Below are positions 1-10,524 of a stretch of DNA of 64,000 nucleotides, piece after piece. This stretch comes from a bacterium. Its GTDB lineage: Bacteria > Patescibacteriota > UBA1384 > CAILIB01. The stretch's first letter is position 1. Every line of letters begins with the position of its first letter. The notes below the pieces were generated by a model, which had not been told where the DNA came from, searched no databases, and worked only from the letters and a program-made list of their open reading frames with translations. Position numbers and translations under genes: made by a program. Location of the stretch: NCBI GenBank assembly GCA_037131105.1, contig JBAXRQ010000001.1, positions 701,465 through 765,464 on the forward strand, in the 5' to 3' direction.

Positions 1-822
1 CTTGCCCTCCATGGCGAAAATACCGGTCTCCGTCACATCACCGAAGCGGTTTTTTACCGCCCTCAAAATACGCAGCTGCTGTTGAGGCTCACCCTCAAGA
101 TACAGCACCACGTCCACTAGATGCTCCAAGGTCCGGGGGCCCGCCACCGTACCTTCCTTCGTGATGTGTCCCACCAATACCATGGGGACCCCCAGGCGCT
201 TGGCCAAATGTTGGATACGGACGGCGCACTCTCTGACCTGCACTATGCTTCCTGGCGTAGAGGGAAACTGGGGATCGTACATGGTCTGGATGGAATCTAC
301 GATGACCAGGGCTGGCTTCAGCTGCTCCACCACGGCCGTAATATGGTCGATATTGGTGGCTGCCAGAATCTGCACTTCGGAGGCAGTAGCTCCCAGACGC
401 TCCGCCCGCAGTTTGATCTGCTCGGGAGACTCTTCTCCACTGATATAGAGGATCTGATTCTTTGATACGCTACCCATGCGCTCCACGACCTGTAGAAGAA
501 GGGTGCTTTTTCCTATGCCAGGATCACCCCCCAAGAGAATAACGCTACCGGCCACTATCCCGCCTCCCAGCACCCGATCCAGCTCGGCAAACCCTGATAA
601 GGTCCGGCTTTCAGCTTGACCAGTAATAGCTGCCAAACTAATGGGGGCTGACGCCGTCTCTCCGCTGTAGCCGCCGCCCCGCTCAGCCACTACTGGGGCC
701 ACCTTAAACTCCTTGAGAGTATTCCAGTTATTGCAGTTGTTACAGCGGCCCTGCCACTGGATATATTCCTCGCCGCAGACCTCGCAGACAAAGACAGTGC
801 TGGAACGAGACTTTTTTGGCAT
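1..822 (-). CDS. radA: DNA repair protein RadA/Sms (5' part; runs off the window edge)
   Basis: Manual translation from the ATG at 822: MPKKSRSSTVFVCEVCGEEYIQWQGRCNNCNNW (C4 zinc finger), GDPGIGKST Walker A, KNRFG motif near position 50. Missing from the ORF track because it has no stop inside the window. Confidence 0.95.
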   Translation of the reverse strand, partial: MPKKSRSSTVFVCEVCGEEYIQWQGRCNNCNNWNTLKEFKVAPVVAERGGGYSGETASAPISLAAITGQAESRTLSGFAELDRVLGGGIVAGSVILLGGDPGIGKSTLLLQVVERMGSVSKNQILYISGEESPEQIKLRAERLGATASEVQILAATNIDHITAVVEQLKPALVIVDSIQTMYDPQFPSTPGSIVQVRECAVRIQHLAKRLGVPMVLVGHITKEGTVAGPRTLEHLVDVVLYLEGEPQQQLRILRAVKNRFGDVTETGIFAMEGK

Positions 823-982
823 GGCAGGAATTATTTGCTATCTAGGGACAACTATACCAGACGGCCTCGGCGCGTCTAGCTACTTCAATTCATTACTATT
901 CAAAGCACCTGATAACATCCTCAAGGAGCCTTGAGTGACAGCGTATCCACCAGTGTTCACAAACAGCTCTGTGAGGATGCCG

Positions 983-2641
983 TCAGGCACTCGGTTCTAT
1001 TCTCCGGATAAGGCAGCTGGGAGCCCGTACATTGTTCCACTCCTCAACTTCAAGTGCATACATGACCAGGTACTGCTGTTCAGGATCGACCTCAGTCTCG
1101 CCCTTGCCGAAGGCAATGGCTTTTCGCCGTACTGCACCATCCTCAAGAAAGCAGGCTAGATGCTTCTGCTCCCGGCCCACCCGTCTGACCGATCCCAGCT
1201 TACACTCCGACTCAAACAAGGGTGCTGAAAAGCCTATTCCAAAAGGCTCAAGGACTGCCAGTCCCTCAGCCAGCTCCATATCGGCATCTTGTAAAGAAAT
1301 CTCCAGATCGGCGCCCCGGCGCCAGGCCACCGCGAATCCTGCATGGTTCCAGCCTTGGCCGGCAGCCCATATATTGAGGCTGTCACGAAGCTGGTCAGGT
1401 AACACTCCCTCGCCAAGGCTCAGTCCTCCCGCCTTACTATGGCCACCGTAACGCTCCAGGAGCTCTCCAGCGCCTGCCATCAACTCGACTGCATGGAAAC
1501 CGTCCAGACTACGTACCGAGCCCTTGATGGCCCCTCCCTCAGTCGCCAGGGCTACTACCGGTCGCCCGAACCGCTCCAACATGCGTCCGGCCACCAAACC
1601 GATGACGCCCGTGGACCATGTCTCACCATACAAAACCAGGCACAAGTCATCTCCCTGAGCTACTGCCAACGCTTCAGCTTCCTTGAGATGCTGTTCCAAG
1701 AGTCTCTGGCGGCCGGCATTTTGATCATTCAGATAGCCTGCAAGTCGACGAGCCTCGGTACTATCAGGTTCAGTAAGAAGAGAGAGAGCCACGTTTCTTC
1801 CCCCCTCCATTTCCTGGTGCATACGGGAAGGGGCGTTGATGCGCGGCGCCAGCTGGAAACCAACCGAACCAGAGGAAAGCTTTGAAAGCTCGATTCCGGC
1901 CACTTCAGCCAAGGCCTTGAGGCCGACGTTTCGGGTCTTCCTGAGTACTTGCAGGCCATAGGTGACCAACACCCGGTTCTCTCCCAGCATCGGCACCATG
2001 TCAGCAATGGTAGAGAATGCTACCAGATCCAACTCCCACTTAAGCGGGGTCCAATCCCTACCGAGCTCGCCATAGAGGCTAATCATCAGTTTCCAGGCGA
2101 TGGCACAGCCGCATAACTCCTTGAAAGGATAGGGGCAGTCAGGCTGCTTGGGGTTGAGAATGGCCAGGGCTGAATATGCCAGATGGCCTTCCTGCGGCTC
2201 ATGGTGGTCGCAGACTATCGTGTCTATCCCCGCCTCTTTCAATGCGGCAATCTCTGACTCTGAGACGGTGCCATTGTCCACGGTAATCAGAAGGGTAATG
2301 CCCTGGCTAATTATCTCAGCTACCGCTCCAGGATTCAGTCCATATCCAGCTGCCCGGGTCGGAATAAGGGCCACAGGCTCAACACCCAGGCCGCGCAGGG
2401 CCCGTACCAGAAGCGCTGTCGCCGGCACCCCGTCTGCGTCATAATCCCCAAAGATACCTATCGTCTCATCCTCACGTATAGCCACGGAAAGCCGGGCTAC
2501 GGCGACAGACATCCCCTTCATCAGTCCTCCGTCATGGGTGTCTCGTGAGAAGTCAGGGTGGAGAAATACCTCCTGGGCAGTCCCTGTTATGCCCCTCTGC
2601 TCGAGAAGGGATGTAATAACCGGATGAAGGTGTGCACTCAT
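983..2641 (-). CDS. recJ: Single-stranded-DNA-specific exonuclease RecJ
   Basis: GDYDADG, TVDNG, DHH, STIADMVP and GGH motifs of DHH/DHHA1 RecJ. Confidence 0.95.
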   Translation of the reverse strand: MSAHLHPVITSLLEQRGITGTAQEVFLHPDFSRDTHDGGLMKGMSVAVARLSVAIREDETIGIFGDYDADGVPATALLVRALRGLGVEPVALIPTRAAGYGLNPGAVAEIISQGITLLITVDNGTVSESEIAALKEAGIDTIVCDHHEPQEGHLAYSALAILNPKQPDCPYPFKELCGCAIAWKLMISLYGELGRDWTPLKWELDLVAFSTIADMVPMLGENRVLVTYGLQVLRKTRNVGLKALAEVAGIELSKLSSGSVGFQLAPRINAPSRMHQEMEGGRNVALSLLTEPDSTEARRLAGYLNDQNAGRQRLLEQHLKEAEALAVAQGDDLCLVLYGETWSTGVIGLVAGRMLERFGRPVVALATEGGAIKGSVRSLDGFHAVELMAGAGELLERYGGHSKAGGLSLGEGVLPDQLRDSLNIWAAGQGWNHAGFAVAWRRGADLEISLQDADMELAEGLAVLEPFGIGFSAPLFESECKLGSVRRVGREQKHLACFLEDGAVRRKAIAFGKGETEVDPEQQYLVMYALEVEEWNNVRAPSCLIRRIEPSA

Positions 2642-3450
2642 TGGACGTAGGCCCAGCGGTCTATTCTCAGGTCAACTTTTGAGGTCGTAGTCACCTTCTT
2701 TTGTTGCACCAAGCGGGAAAGGTTGCGAATCTGCACACCTGGATCAGCCAGGCTACTCAGGCGTACCTGCATTCCCGGCTTAGTCACTATTGTCACATCA
2801 TAAGTGGTGTCGGCAACTTCGAAGTGATCAACGGGAACGGTAGGCAGAAGTATTCCCATCTGCTTGGAAACTTCAGCAACAAAAGCCGTGAAGCCGCCAG
2901 CTACCACACTCTGGCCCAGACTGACCGGTAGACTCTTGGTATCCTGCACCTTCGGCAGTGTTGAAATAAGCGTTCCGGCCGGCGTCGATGGAGAGGGAGC
3001 TGAGACAAGCGGATACTGGGCAAAGGCCAGCCCTGTCACATCAAGAAGGGTAAGGTTACTCCCAGAGGTCCAGGCCAAAGCCGGCTGTCGCTCATGCACC
3101 ACCACCCTGATACTGTCAGGTAAACCCTTAAGAATATCCACTGACTGGATGCGCGGGTCAACCATAATCTGGCTACTAACCCTCTCCTTAGGGAAGAACC
3201 AGATCGGATCACCAGTAGGAACCAGTCCCTTGATCTGATCAGCAGATACCAAGCTAGTGCCTTGCACGTCCACCTTGCGCACCGAAAACCAGCCGCTAAA
3301 AAAGACCACATAGAGCAGGCACCCCGCCACAGCCACCCAAAATAGTGAGGATACGAAACGGGCAAGTCCCGCGTAAGAGCGTCGGGGCTTTTGAAGATTG
3401 CCGTAAATCTTCGGCATTTGGCGAGCGTAGTGTCGACGTGACCTGGCCAT
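2638..3450 (-). CDS. ftsQ: Cell division protein FtsQ/DivIB
   Basis: Basic N-tail, one TM helix, POTRA-like segment (LPDSIRVVVHERQP), C-terminal VDLR; last gene of the dcw cluster. Confidence 0.85.
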   Translation of the reverse strand: MARSRRHYARQMPKIYGNLQKPRRSYAGLARFVSSLFWVAVAGCLLYVVFFSGWFSVRKVDVQGTSLVSADQIKGLVPTGDPIWFFPKERVSSQIMVDPRIQSVDILKGLPDSIRVVVHERQPALAWTSGSNLTLLDVTGLAFAQYPLVSAPSPSTPAGTLISTLPKVQDTKSLPVSLGQSVVAGGFTAFVAEVSKQMGILLPTVPVDHFEVADTTYDVTIVTKPGMQVRLSSLADPGVQIRNLSRLVQQKKVTTTSKVDLRIDRWAYVQ

Positions 3451-3459
3451 AGCCTTATA

Positions 3460-4413
3460 TTACCATACTCCCCCAAACTCATACCGACAGGAAAGCTCTC
3501 GTCCGCTCTGGGTTTTGACCATAGACTGCATCTCCTCTATGAGTGCTTTAATGTCGGATGAACGGGCAGCAGTTCCGTCAAAGCGAAGGAAATTGGGCAA
3601 ATACCTGTCAGGATATATCCCTCCGACTAGCATTTTTGCCACGCACGCCTCGCGCAGTAGCTGGTCGGCAGTTACATCGTCAAAGTCAGCAAAAAGCGGT
3701 CCGAGAAACCGCCCATTCGGCACCCTTCCTTCTCGTACCTCCGAATAGTCCCGCAGTCTGTCTCTCACCTCGTCCTGACGCAAGCTGGTCAACTGAAACA
3801 GGACGGTCAAAATAATCGGAGAAGGCTCACCGAAGGGGCGAGTGGCCCTCAAATGCTGTAAACGCGTACCACCTTCCGGTCGCTCCAACCAGTCCCGTTT
3901 GTAACGATTTACCGTCGCCTCTCGATCAATCTTGGCAGGAGGCATAATCATGGTCAGGTAGCGAACCGAGGAAAGTAGCGGCTGATCGCCCCTGGTAAGG
4001 CCGGCATACAGCGCTCCGCCCACCGTACCTCCCTCCCCAAAAAAATCAGTAAGACCTCCTAGCCCATGTCCGGCCGCCGTAGCTACGAATCTCGCCAACG
4101 AAAGACCGCTGTCCACTACCACCTGGCTCTTATCTAGGGCAAAGGCACAAGAATCAGCCTGGTTATGGATTATTAGTCCGGGATATCCAGCGTCGGAAAA
4201 TATCATGCCCTGACCCTGGCCTATTACTTGGTAGGGAAGCTGGATATCAATGGCTGCCTTGATAGCGGCCGCCAACTCTACCGTAGTTCGGGCGACTGTA
4301 AAATAATCAGCACTACCGCCGCCGCCCAGCGGATTGAACTCGCCCAAGGGACGCTGTTCCTCAAGGTGAGCCAACTGCTTAAGTAGTCCTAGTCGGTTGG
4401 AGTCGTCGGCCAT
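3460..4413 (-). CDS. Degenerate MurB-like FAD-binding protein (probable pseudoenzyme)
   Basis: MurB layout (GG.ADYF, VIGQGQG..FSDAGYPGLII, GTVGGA, PNF), but the catalytic GS-F and LE-E motifs are replaced by GPLF and LSCRY. Confidence 0.7.
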   Translation of the reverse strand: MADDSNRLGLLKQLAHLEEQRPLGEFNPLGGGGSADYFTVARTTVELAAAIKAAIDIQLPYQVIGQGQGMIFSDAGYPGLIIHNQADSCAFALDKSQVVVDSGLSLARFVATAAGHGLGGLTDFFGEGGTVGGALYAGLTRGDQPLLSSVRYLTMIMPPAKIDREATVNRYKRDWLERPEGGTRLQHLRATRPFGEPSPIILTVLFQLTSLRQDEVRDRLRDYSEVREGRVPNGRFLGPLFADFDDVTADQLLREACVAKMLVGGIYPDRYLPNFLRFDGTAARSSDIKALIEEMQSMVKTQSGRELSCRYEFGGVW

Positions 4414-5468
4414 TGCCTGCGCTGTGCGTGGATGTCGATAAGCTCAACCTCTGGCTCCAGGGAGATCTGGAACCGTTCGTATACCCTTCCACGGATAGTC
4501 TCAATGAGGGAAATAAGGTCTGCCTGAGTGCCACCACCGATATTCACAATGAAGTTGGCATGGCCGGGAAACACCTGCATGCCACCCACCTGGTGCCCCT
4601 TGAGTCCAACCTGATCTACATACCAGGCAGCAGAAACAGCTTCCTGGCCGGACGACAGCGCCTGTTCAGGGGTAATGTTTTGAAAGACCGACCCGCAGTT
4701 AGCGCCCGATGGCTGCACTCGTGACTTCTCCTTGGTCCATTCCAGGTAATGTGACAGATTTTCAGCAGCAGCCTCGGGCCCGGCATCAGTAAGCTTGAAT
4801 ATAACTGAGATAATAAGTAATCCGTTTCGATGAAAGACGCTGGTGTCATAGCCAAATCCCAGCTCCGCGGCAGGAAGTAGACCAGTTTCGCCATTAACCG
4901 GATCAAACGTGCGGACTGCAACCACTGCCTCGGAAAGCAGACGGCGCTCACCGTGAATATTATTATAGACAGCCCCTCCCACCTGACAAGGAATGCGGGC
5001 AAACCAGTGCAGACCGGAAAAGCCCAACCGCAGACTCTGAGTGACCGCCAGTCCCCACGGCACTGAGGCACCCATCTCAACAAAAACTGGATTGCCTGAG
5101 ATATCTTCTACAGTATGGAGCTGGAGAAAGTCCTCGCCAGCTCCAGGCTTGTAGCGCGACTCGACAGTAACCGGTTCCAGAGATATTCCCAGTCCCCCGA
5201 CCTCCTCGTCGGTCAGTACTCGAATTTCTTTGAAAGAAGGCTGCACCAGAACTGCCTGGAGCTCATCGTCAGGCAATACCAAGTCGCTACCGCCTCCCAG
5301 ACCCTTCCAGGGCAGACCCAGCTCTTTAATACACTCGAATGTCTCCCGTATCTCATCAACGGTCGACGGCCGGGCCAGATAACGTACAGGGCCGCCCACC
5401 TTCATACTTACGAGGGTTGCGCCGCTGACCTGCTCCTGCCAATAGGAAGGTGTCGTCATGCCATCCAT
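4389..5468 (-). CDS. murB: UDP-N-acetylenolpyruvoylglucosamine reductase MurB
   Basis: MKVGGP, LGGGSD, IPCQVGGAVYNN, NCGSVFQN, HANFIVN and LEPEV motifs. Confidence 0.9.
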   Translation of the reverse strand: MDGMTTPSYWQEQVSGATLVSMKVGGPVRYLARPSTVDEIRETFECIKELGLPWKGLGGGSDLVLPDDELQAVLVQPSFKEIRVLTDEEVGGLGISLEPVTVESRYKPGAGEDFLQLHTVEDISGNPVFVEMGASVPWGLAVTQSLRLGFSGLHWFARIPCQVGGAVYNNIHGERRLLSEAVVAVRTFDPVNGETGLLPAAELGFGYDTSVFHRNGLLIISVIFKLTDAGPEAAAENLSHYLEWTKEKSRVQPSGANCGSVFQNITPEQALSSGQEAVSAAWYVDQVGLKGHQVGGMQVFPGHANFIVNIGGGTQADLISLIETIRGRVYERFQISLEPEVELIDIHAQRRQWPTTPTD

Positions 5469-6772
5469 CCTTCCATAAGACCCCTGATTGAACCGGCTCC
5501 CATGCTCACCAGTATGCCAGGCTGCGAGCTAGCATTTTTTACCAGCTGAGCGAGCTCGTCATTGGTAGTGGCTACCGTTACCTTCATATTCTTAGTATCC
5601 TTAGCCATGATATGGTCAGCGATGTCCTGGCTACTTATGGTATCGGCTTCCTCTCGGCCGGCCACCTCGTAAATAGGTGCCAAAATCAGCTCGTCAGGAG
5701 AGTTCGCATCAAAGCAGCGTCCGAAGTCCTCAAGCAAGAGGCGGGTACGGGACTTCTGGTGGGGCTGGAAGACCAAAGTCATGCGGTCGGCAGGATAGCG
5801 CTCACGAAACGCTTGCAGGGTGGCGGCTATCTCCTTAGGATGATGGGCATAATCGTCATAAGCCTGGACTTTATTCCAGGTTCCCAGATGCTCAAAACGA
5901 CGCCCGACGCCTGGAAATGTCGCCAATGCCTCCTGAATATCTTTATTCGAAATACCTATTTCATGGGCAATGCGAGCGGCAGCCGTGGCATTGAGCAGGT
6001 TGTGCTTTCCGGGAATCAGCAACTTGAGACCAGGCCAGATATGCTGCTCATCATACCAGCGGAACCGGTAGGAAAAGCCCTTGCAAACCTTTCTGATACT
6101 GGCGTTGCGCCCATAAGCTGTCACTAGTCCCCGCTTGGCTGGCAGATTGCGCAGGAAACGGCGGAAGGAGTGCTCGATCTCAGCCAGCCCTCCCTTGTAG
6201 TAGTCCAGGTGGTCGCTGTCGATATTGAGGATGATAGCCATCTCAGCCTTAAACTGATGAAAGCTGCGGTCGAACTCATCAGCCTCAAGTACCAGCCAGT
6301 CACTATAACCTATCAGGGTCGTACGACCCCAGGCAGCCAGCGTACCTCCCACAAACACCGTCGGTTTCAAACCGGCCACCTCAAGTATCCAGCCCAGCAT
6401 TGCGGTAGTAGTGGTCTTGCCATGGGTACCAGAAACGGCCAGGGTGCGGTGCGACTTGGTGAGACGTCCGATCCACTCAGCCCGCTTTCGAACCGGCAGT
6501 CCTCGCCCCTGCACCTCAAGAAGTTCAGGATAACTAGGCGCAGTCTCAGTAATGGCAGAGTTTATAACCACCTCAGTGATATCACCAGGAATGTTTTCTG
6601 GCTGCGAGCCATAGTGAATGTCAGCCCCTCGCTCCACATAGGAGCGTGTGACTGCGGTTTCAACCATATCGCTCCCGGACAGCTTCCAGCCCTTGGCCAG
6701 AGCATAGTCGGCGATCCAGGCCATGCCGACACCGCCAATACCGATACAGTACATATGTGGGTTTGTCTTCAT
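5456..6772 (-). CDS. murC: UDP-N-acetylmuramate--L-alanine ligase MurC
   Basis: GIGGVGM, GTHGKTTT, EADE, DHLD, DDYAHHP and FQPH motifs; start reassigned to MKTNPH (ATG at 6772). Confidence 0.95.
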   Translation of the reverse strand: MKTNPHMYCIGIGGVGMAWIADYALAKGWKLSGSDMVETAVTRSYVERGADIHYGSQPENIPGDITEVVINSAITETAPSYPELLEVQGRGLPVRKRAEWIGRLTKSHRTLAVSGTHGKTTTTAMLGWILEVAGLKPTVFVGGTLAAWGRTTLIGYSDWLVLEADEFDRSFHQFKAEMAIILNIDSDHLDYYKGGLAEIEHSFRRFLRNLPAKRGLVTAYGRNASIRKVCKGFSYRFRWYDEQHIWPGLKLLIPGKHNLLNATAAARIAHEIGISNKDIQEALATFPGVGRRFEHLGTWNKVQAYDDYAHHPKEIAATLQAFRERYPADRMTLVFQPHQKSRTRLLLEDFGRCFDANSPDELILAPIYEVAGREEADTISSQDIADHIMAKDTKNMKVTVATTNDELAQLVKNASSQPGILVSMGAGSIRGLMEGWMA

Positions 6773-6800
6773 AGTTTCATTGTTAGCGGGTTTTGTCCGC

Positions 6801-7922
6801 TTACTCCAGTCCTTCGAGAATAGTACGGGCCATCTCCTCCGCCGCTTCCGGGCGGGCAAAGGTACTGATCGCCTCAGAAAGCCTCCGCCGCTCAGCTGCG
6901 TCATCCATAAGCGCACAAACCACTTCCACCAGTTTCTCAGAATTAGTACCTGTCTCCAAGAATATCTTGGCAGCGCCTGCCGCCTCCAACACCTTGGCAT
7001 TGGCCAACTGATGGCCCTGGGCAGCTGTGGAAAGTGGGACTAGCACGGTAGGCGTCTCGCTGGCAGCCAGCTCAAAGACCGTCCCGCCGGCCCGACTAAT
7101 CGCCAATGAGGCACTGGCGAACAACTCAGGCATTCCTTCCAATAGAAATTCACTAAGATACAGATTCTGGCGCAGATGAGGATTCATGCGGGCAGCCTCA
7201 CGGTACAGCTCGTCATAGTCCAGCGATCCGCACAGATGCACCACCCGATACGAGGCAAGCAGTGTAGGCCAGGCACCCTGCACCAACCGGTTAAGGCGTC
7301 TCGCACCCTGGCTTCCCCCGATCACCACCAGAAGTGGCAGCCCGTTCTTCCCCACTCTTCCTTGGTCAATCAAGGGAACAAAAGTCGGACTCGGATGATA
7401 GAAGGCCGCCCGCACCGGCTGTCCGGTGGCCTGGAGCTTACTGGGCAGGAGATTGTCATACCAGTCGACGGGAAATGACGTAAATATTCGCTTGGCGTAT
7501 CGAGCCACCAACCGGTTAGCCAGGCCGGGGACCACATCGGTCTCATGGGTGAAGACAGGAATGCCACGCCTAGCAGCTGCCTTAGCAATGGGAAAGCTCA
7601 GCATACTCCCCTTACACAGGACGGCGGCCGGCTTCAGCTTACCCACCAGACGTTCAGCCTGAATGAGGCCGATGATAGCGCGGTAGCCTTGACGAAGCTG
7701 GTCAGGAGTCAGAAACCTATGTAGTTTTCCCGCCGTGATCGAATATCTGGCAAAGGTCAGGCCAGACGCGTCAAGCAAGGGAGACTGCAGATCGGAAGCC
7801 TGCCCCACATAGATGCAGGGCCGATCCGGATCCAGACGCCTCACCTCCCCCATCACAGCAAGCAGAGGAACAATATGCCCTCCGGAACCGCCACCGGCAA
7901 ATAAAATAGGTGCTTTACTCAT
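6801..7922 (-). CDS. murG: Glycosyltransferase MurG
   Basis: GGGSGGH, HE..PGLANR, GGSQGA, SRAG and HQLANA motifs. Confidence 0.95.
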   Translation of the reverse strand: MSKAPILFAGGGSGGHIVPLLAVMGEVRRLDPDRPCIYVGQASDLQSPLLDASGLTFARYSITAGKLHRFLTPDQLRQGYRAIIGLIQAERLVGKLKPAAVLCKGSMLSFPIAKAAARRGIPVFTHETDVVPGLANRLVARYAKRIFTSFPVDWYDNLLPSKLQATGQPVRAAFYHPSPTFVPLIDQGRVGKNGLPLLVVIGGSQGARRLNRLVQGAWPTLLASYRVVHLCGSLDYDELYREAARMNPHLRQNLYLSEFLLEGMPELFASASLAISRAGGTVFELAASETPTVLVPLSTAAQGHQLANAKVLEAAGAAKIFLETGTNSEKLVEVVCALMDDAAERRRLSEAISTFARPEAAEEMARTILEGLE

Positions 7923-9109
7923 GAACGGGTCTGACGGGAAACACGTGACGGCTTAGTATCGGCATCTTCTCGCGGCTTAATGAAACGAGAAATGTTTAAC
8001 AGTACTCCTACTGCCAGTAGTGATATCAGCAAGTTAGTACCTCCATAGCTAATAAATGGAAGCGGTACCCCCACCAGAGGCACCAAGTGAACCATCGAAC
8101 CCACATTCACGAAGGCCTGGAAGGCAAACCAGCTGGTAATACCCACAGCCACCAGCCGCCCGAACAGATCAGTGGATAGTGAGGCGATGAGGTAGCCCCT
8201 ATAGATGAGAAACACATAGGCCAAGATAAGGGCAGCGGACCAGAGAAAACCCAGCTCCTCGCCGATAATGGCAAATATCGAGTCAGTCTGCGGCTCAGGC
8301 AAGTAGCGGCGCTTCTGCTTGCTCTGCCCGAAGCCAACTCCCGTCCAACTGCCGGAACCAATGGCTATCGAAGCATTATCCACCTGGTAGGTGTTCGATT
8401 TTGAGGTAGTCTCTCCTGATTGTGAGGTACTGTTTGCGCCTTGAGCGGGATTCAGAAAGGTAAGTAGACGGTCACGACGATAGGGGCTACTAATACTTAT
8501 TACTGCCACCGCCACGACCAGGGCGACCAGCCCAATAGAAGCCTGCTTCCAGGTAAGTCCAGCCACCACATACACGGCAATGGCCGAGGTAAGAATGATG
8601 GCGAGAGTACCAAAGTCCGGCTGCTTCAGCATTAGTACCGAGATAGCCACCAGCACTACGACATAGGGGATAAAGGTCTCCTTAATACTATTAATAACCT
8701 TCTGCCGCTCTACCAACCAGGCCGAAAGATAGATAATAAAGGTCAGCTTAGCCAGCTCGGAAGGCTGGAACGTCTGCCCGGCCACTACTATCCAGCGGTG
8801 CGCCCCGTTGATCTCCCCCTTACTGAAGAGAAACACACTGATAAGCAGAATAAGGGTGATCACCAGCATGGCGCCAGCCCATTTCTTCCAGACGTGGTAG
8901 TCAATGTTTGCCGTGGTAGCCATGCCAATAAGACCGACGATGGCCCAGACTATCTGGTGCTTAAAGAAATACTTGTCATCCCCGAAGAGGTTGTAGGCGA
9001 CAATGACCGAGGCAGAATAGATCATGACTATGCCAAACATCACCAGCCCGAAAACGGTGAGGGCTGTCCAGCTGTCGATACGATGGCTGTAAGCCGGTTT
9101 GGTACTCAT
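7919..9109 (-). CDS. ftsW: SEDS protein FtsW
   Basis: Multi-TM protein with GAHRW, FQPSELAK, QPDFGT, LPEPQTDSIF, GEELG and PFISYGG motifs. Confidence 0.95.
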   Translation of the reverse strand: MSTKPAYSHRIDSWTALTVFGLVMFGIVMIYSASVIVAYNLFGDDKYFFKHQIVWAIVGLIGMATTANIDYHVWKKWAGAMLVITLILLISVFLFSKGEINGAHRWIVVAGQTFQPSELAKLTFIIYLSAWLVERQKVINSIKETFIPYVVVLVAISVLMLKQPDFGTLAIILTSAIAVYVVAGLTWKQASIGLVALVVAVAVISISSPYRRDRLLTFLNPAQGANSTSQSGETTSKSNTYQVDNASIAIGSGSWTGVGFGQSKQKRRYLPEPQTDSIFAIIGEELGFLWSAALILAYVFLIYRGYLIASLSTDLFGRLVAVGITSWFAFQAFVNVGSMVHLVPLVGVPLPFISYGGTNLLISLLAVGVLLNISRFIKPREDADTKPSRVSRQTRS

Positions 9110-10524
9110 GGCTCCAGCTTACCATACCGCTCCCTAACCGCTGCCGCGAACAAATCACCCCTCTCCTTATAATTCTTAAATGAAGCGAAGCTGGCAGCGG
9201 CAGGAGCCAGCAGCACTACGTCACCCGGCTCGAGATACAAGTTTATCCCACTCAGCAAGGCAGGAAACGAGACCTTTTCAGGCGACTCGAAGATCTGGCA
9301 TTCGGAGCGTTTCTTCTGCTTGCGCAATGCGGCGCTCAGACGCTTGGTAGCGGCACCCGGCAGCAAGGTCACCGACACGCACCGATTCAGTATCTCCCCG
9401 GCCAGCGCCGTATAATCCGCCCCCTTGTCAGAGCCTCCAGCAATCAGATGGATACGCCTGCCAGAGAAAGCCTGCATAGCCACCAGACAGGACTCAGGCA
9501 TAGTAGCTATGCTGTCGTCGTAAAAGTCATACTCACCGTAGTGTCCTATATGAGAAAGGCGATGCTCAAGCCCGGCAAAGTCCACTACTTCCTGCTGGAT
9601 GACACTGACCGGAATACCCTCAAGCCGCGCTACCAAGGCAGCCGGCAGAATATTGTCCAGATTGTGCTCACCTAGAAGCCTACGTCCGGTACTCACGAAC
9701 GAATCAATCTCCTCACCGATCTGAATAAAGACTGTCTCGGCCCCATCCTGAATATCTACCCAGGCCGACTGCCTGGCGGGATAAAACCGATTATAAGCAA
9801 AGAGCCTCCCCTTGCAAAGTGGCAGGTAACGCTTCATGGCAGGATCCTGCACGTTGATCACAGCCACGTCATTCTTACCTTGGAATCTGAGTAGCGAGGA
9901 CTTGGCATCCTGGTATTCAGCCAGGCTCTTGTGGTGGTCAAGGTGGTCTGAGCCCACGGTAAGGAGTATGGCTGTCTGAGGGCTCTTCTCGAGGTCCTGC
10001 AGTTGGAAGCTAGAAAGCTCAAGTATCACCCGGTCCGACGGCTGTAGATCATCGAGAAAGGAAAAAGGATCGACACCGATATTGCCTGCCAAATAAGATG
10101 CGCCACCCTTGTAGCCAGCGCTCAGAATCTTATGAAGCAGCGTGCAGGTCGTGCCCTTCCCCTTAGTCCCACTAACTCCGATAATGGGGCAGGGGCACAG
10201 ATCAAAGAAGAGCCGGGTCTGAGAGTAAACCACCACTCCTTTTTTAGATGCCTTCACCAGGGCAGGCGAATGTACGGGAATCGACGGACTACGAAACACT
10301 ACCTGGTACCGGTCAAGGCCATCCAAGATGTTCTTGCCGATCTTCCAAGTAACGTGCTCTTTGATCTTCGGAAAGGCCTTTTCAAAATCGATCTGACGAC
10401 TGGCGTCACGCTCGCATACTTCAAGGCGCACCCCGTGCTGGGCCAGATACCTGACAAGTTCCCAGTTGTTGACACCGAGGCCAAGTATCGCCACCCGCTT
10501 TTCCTGCAGCTCGCCGATGGTCAT
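9106..10524 (-). CDS. murD: UDP-MurNAc-L-Ala--D-Glu ligase MurD
   Basis: GTKGKGTT, GNIG, ELSSFQL, DHLDHH, HRL, DDSIAT and F.NYKERG motifs; start taken at MTIGE, overlapping the mraY stop. Confidence 0.95.
   Translation of the reverse strand: MTIGELQEKRVAILGLGVNNWELVRYLAQHGVRLEVCERDASRQIDFEKAFPKIKEHVTWKIGKNILDGLDRYQVVFRSPSIPVHSPALVKASKKGVVVYSQTRLFFDLCPCPIIGVSGTKGKGTTCTLLHKILSAGYKGGASYLAGNIGVDPFSFLDDLQPSDRVILELSSFQLQDLEKSPQTAILLTVGSDHLDHHKSLAEYQDAKSSLLRFQGKNDVAVINVQDPAMKRYLPLCKGRLFAYNRFYPARQSAWVDIQDGAETVFIQIGEEIDSFVSTGRRLLGEHNLDNILPAALVARLEGIPVSVIQQEVVDFAGLEHRLSHIGHYGEYDFYDDSIATMPESCLVAMQAFSGRRIHLIAGGSDKGADYTALAGEILNRCVSVTLLPGAATKRLSAALRKQKKRSECQIFESPEKVSFPALLSGINLYLEPGDVVLLAPAAASFASFKNYKERGDLFAAAVRERYGKLEP

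Noticed and set aside
6773-7000. N-terminal extensions in the ORF track (murC, also murD, typA, recO, ycnI, sortase, mgtA)
   Set aside because: They overlap upstream genes or precede the conserved N-terminus; downstream ATGs fit the family starts.
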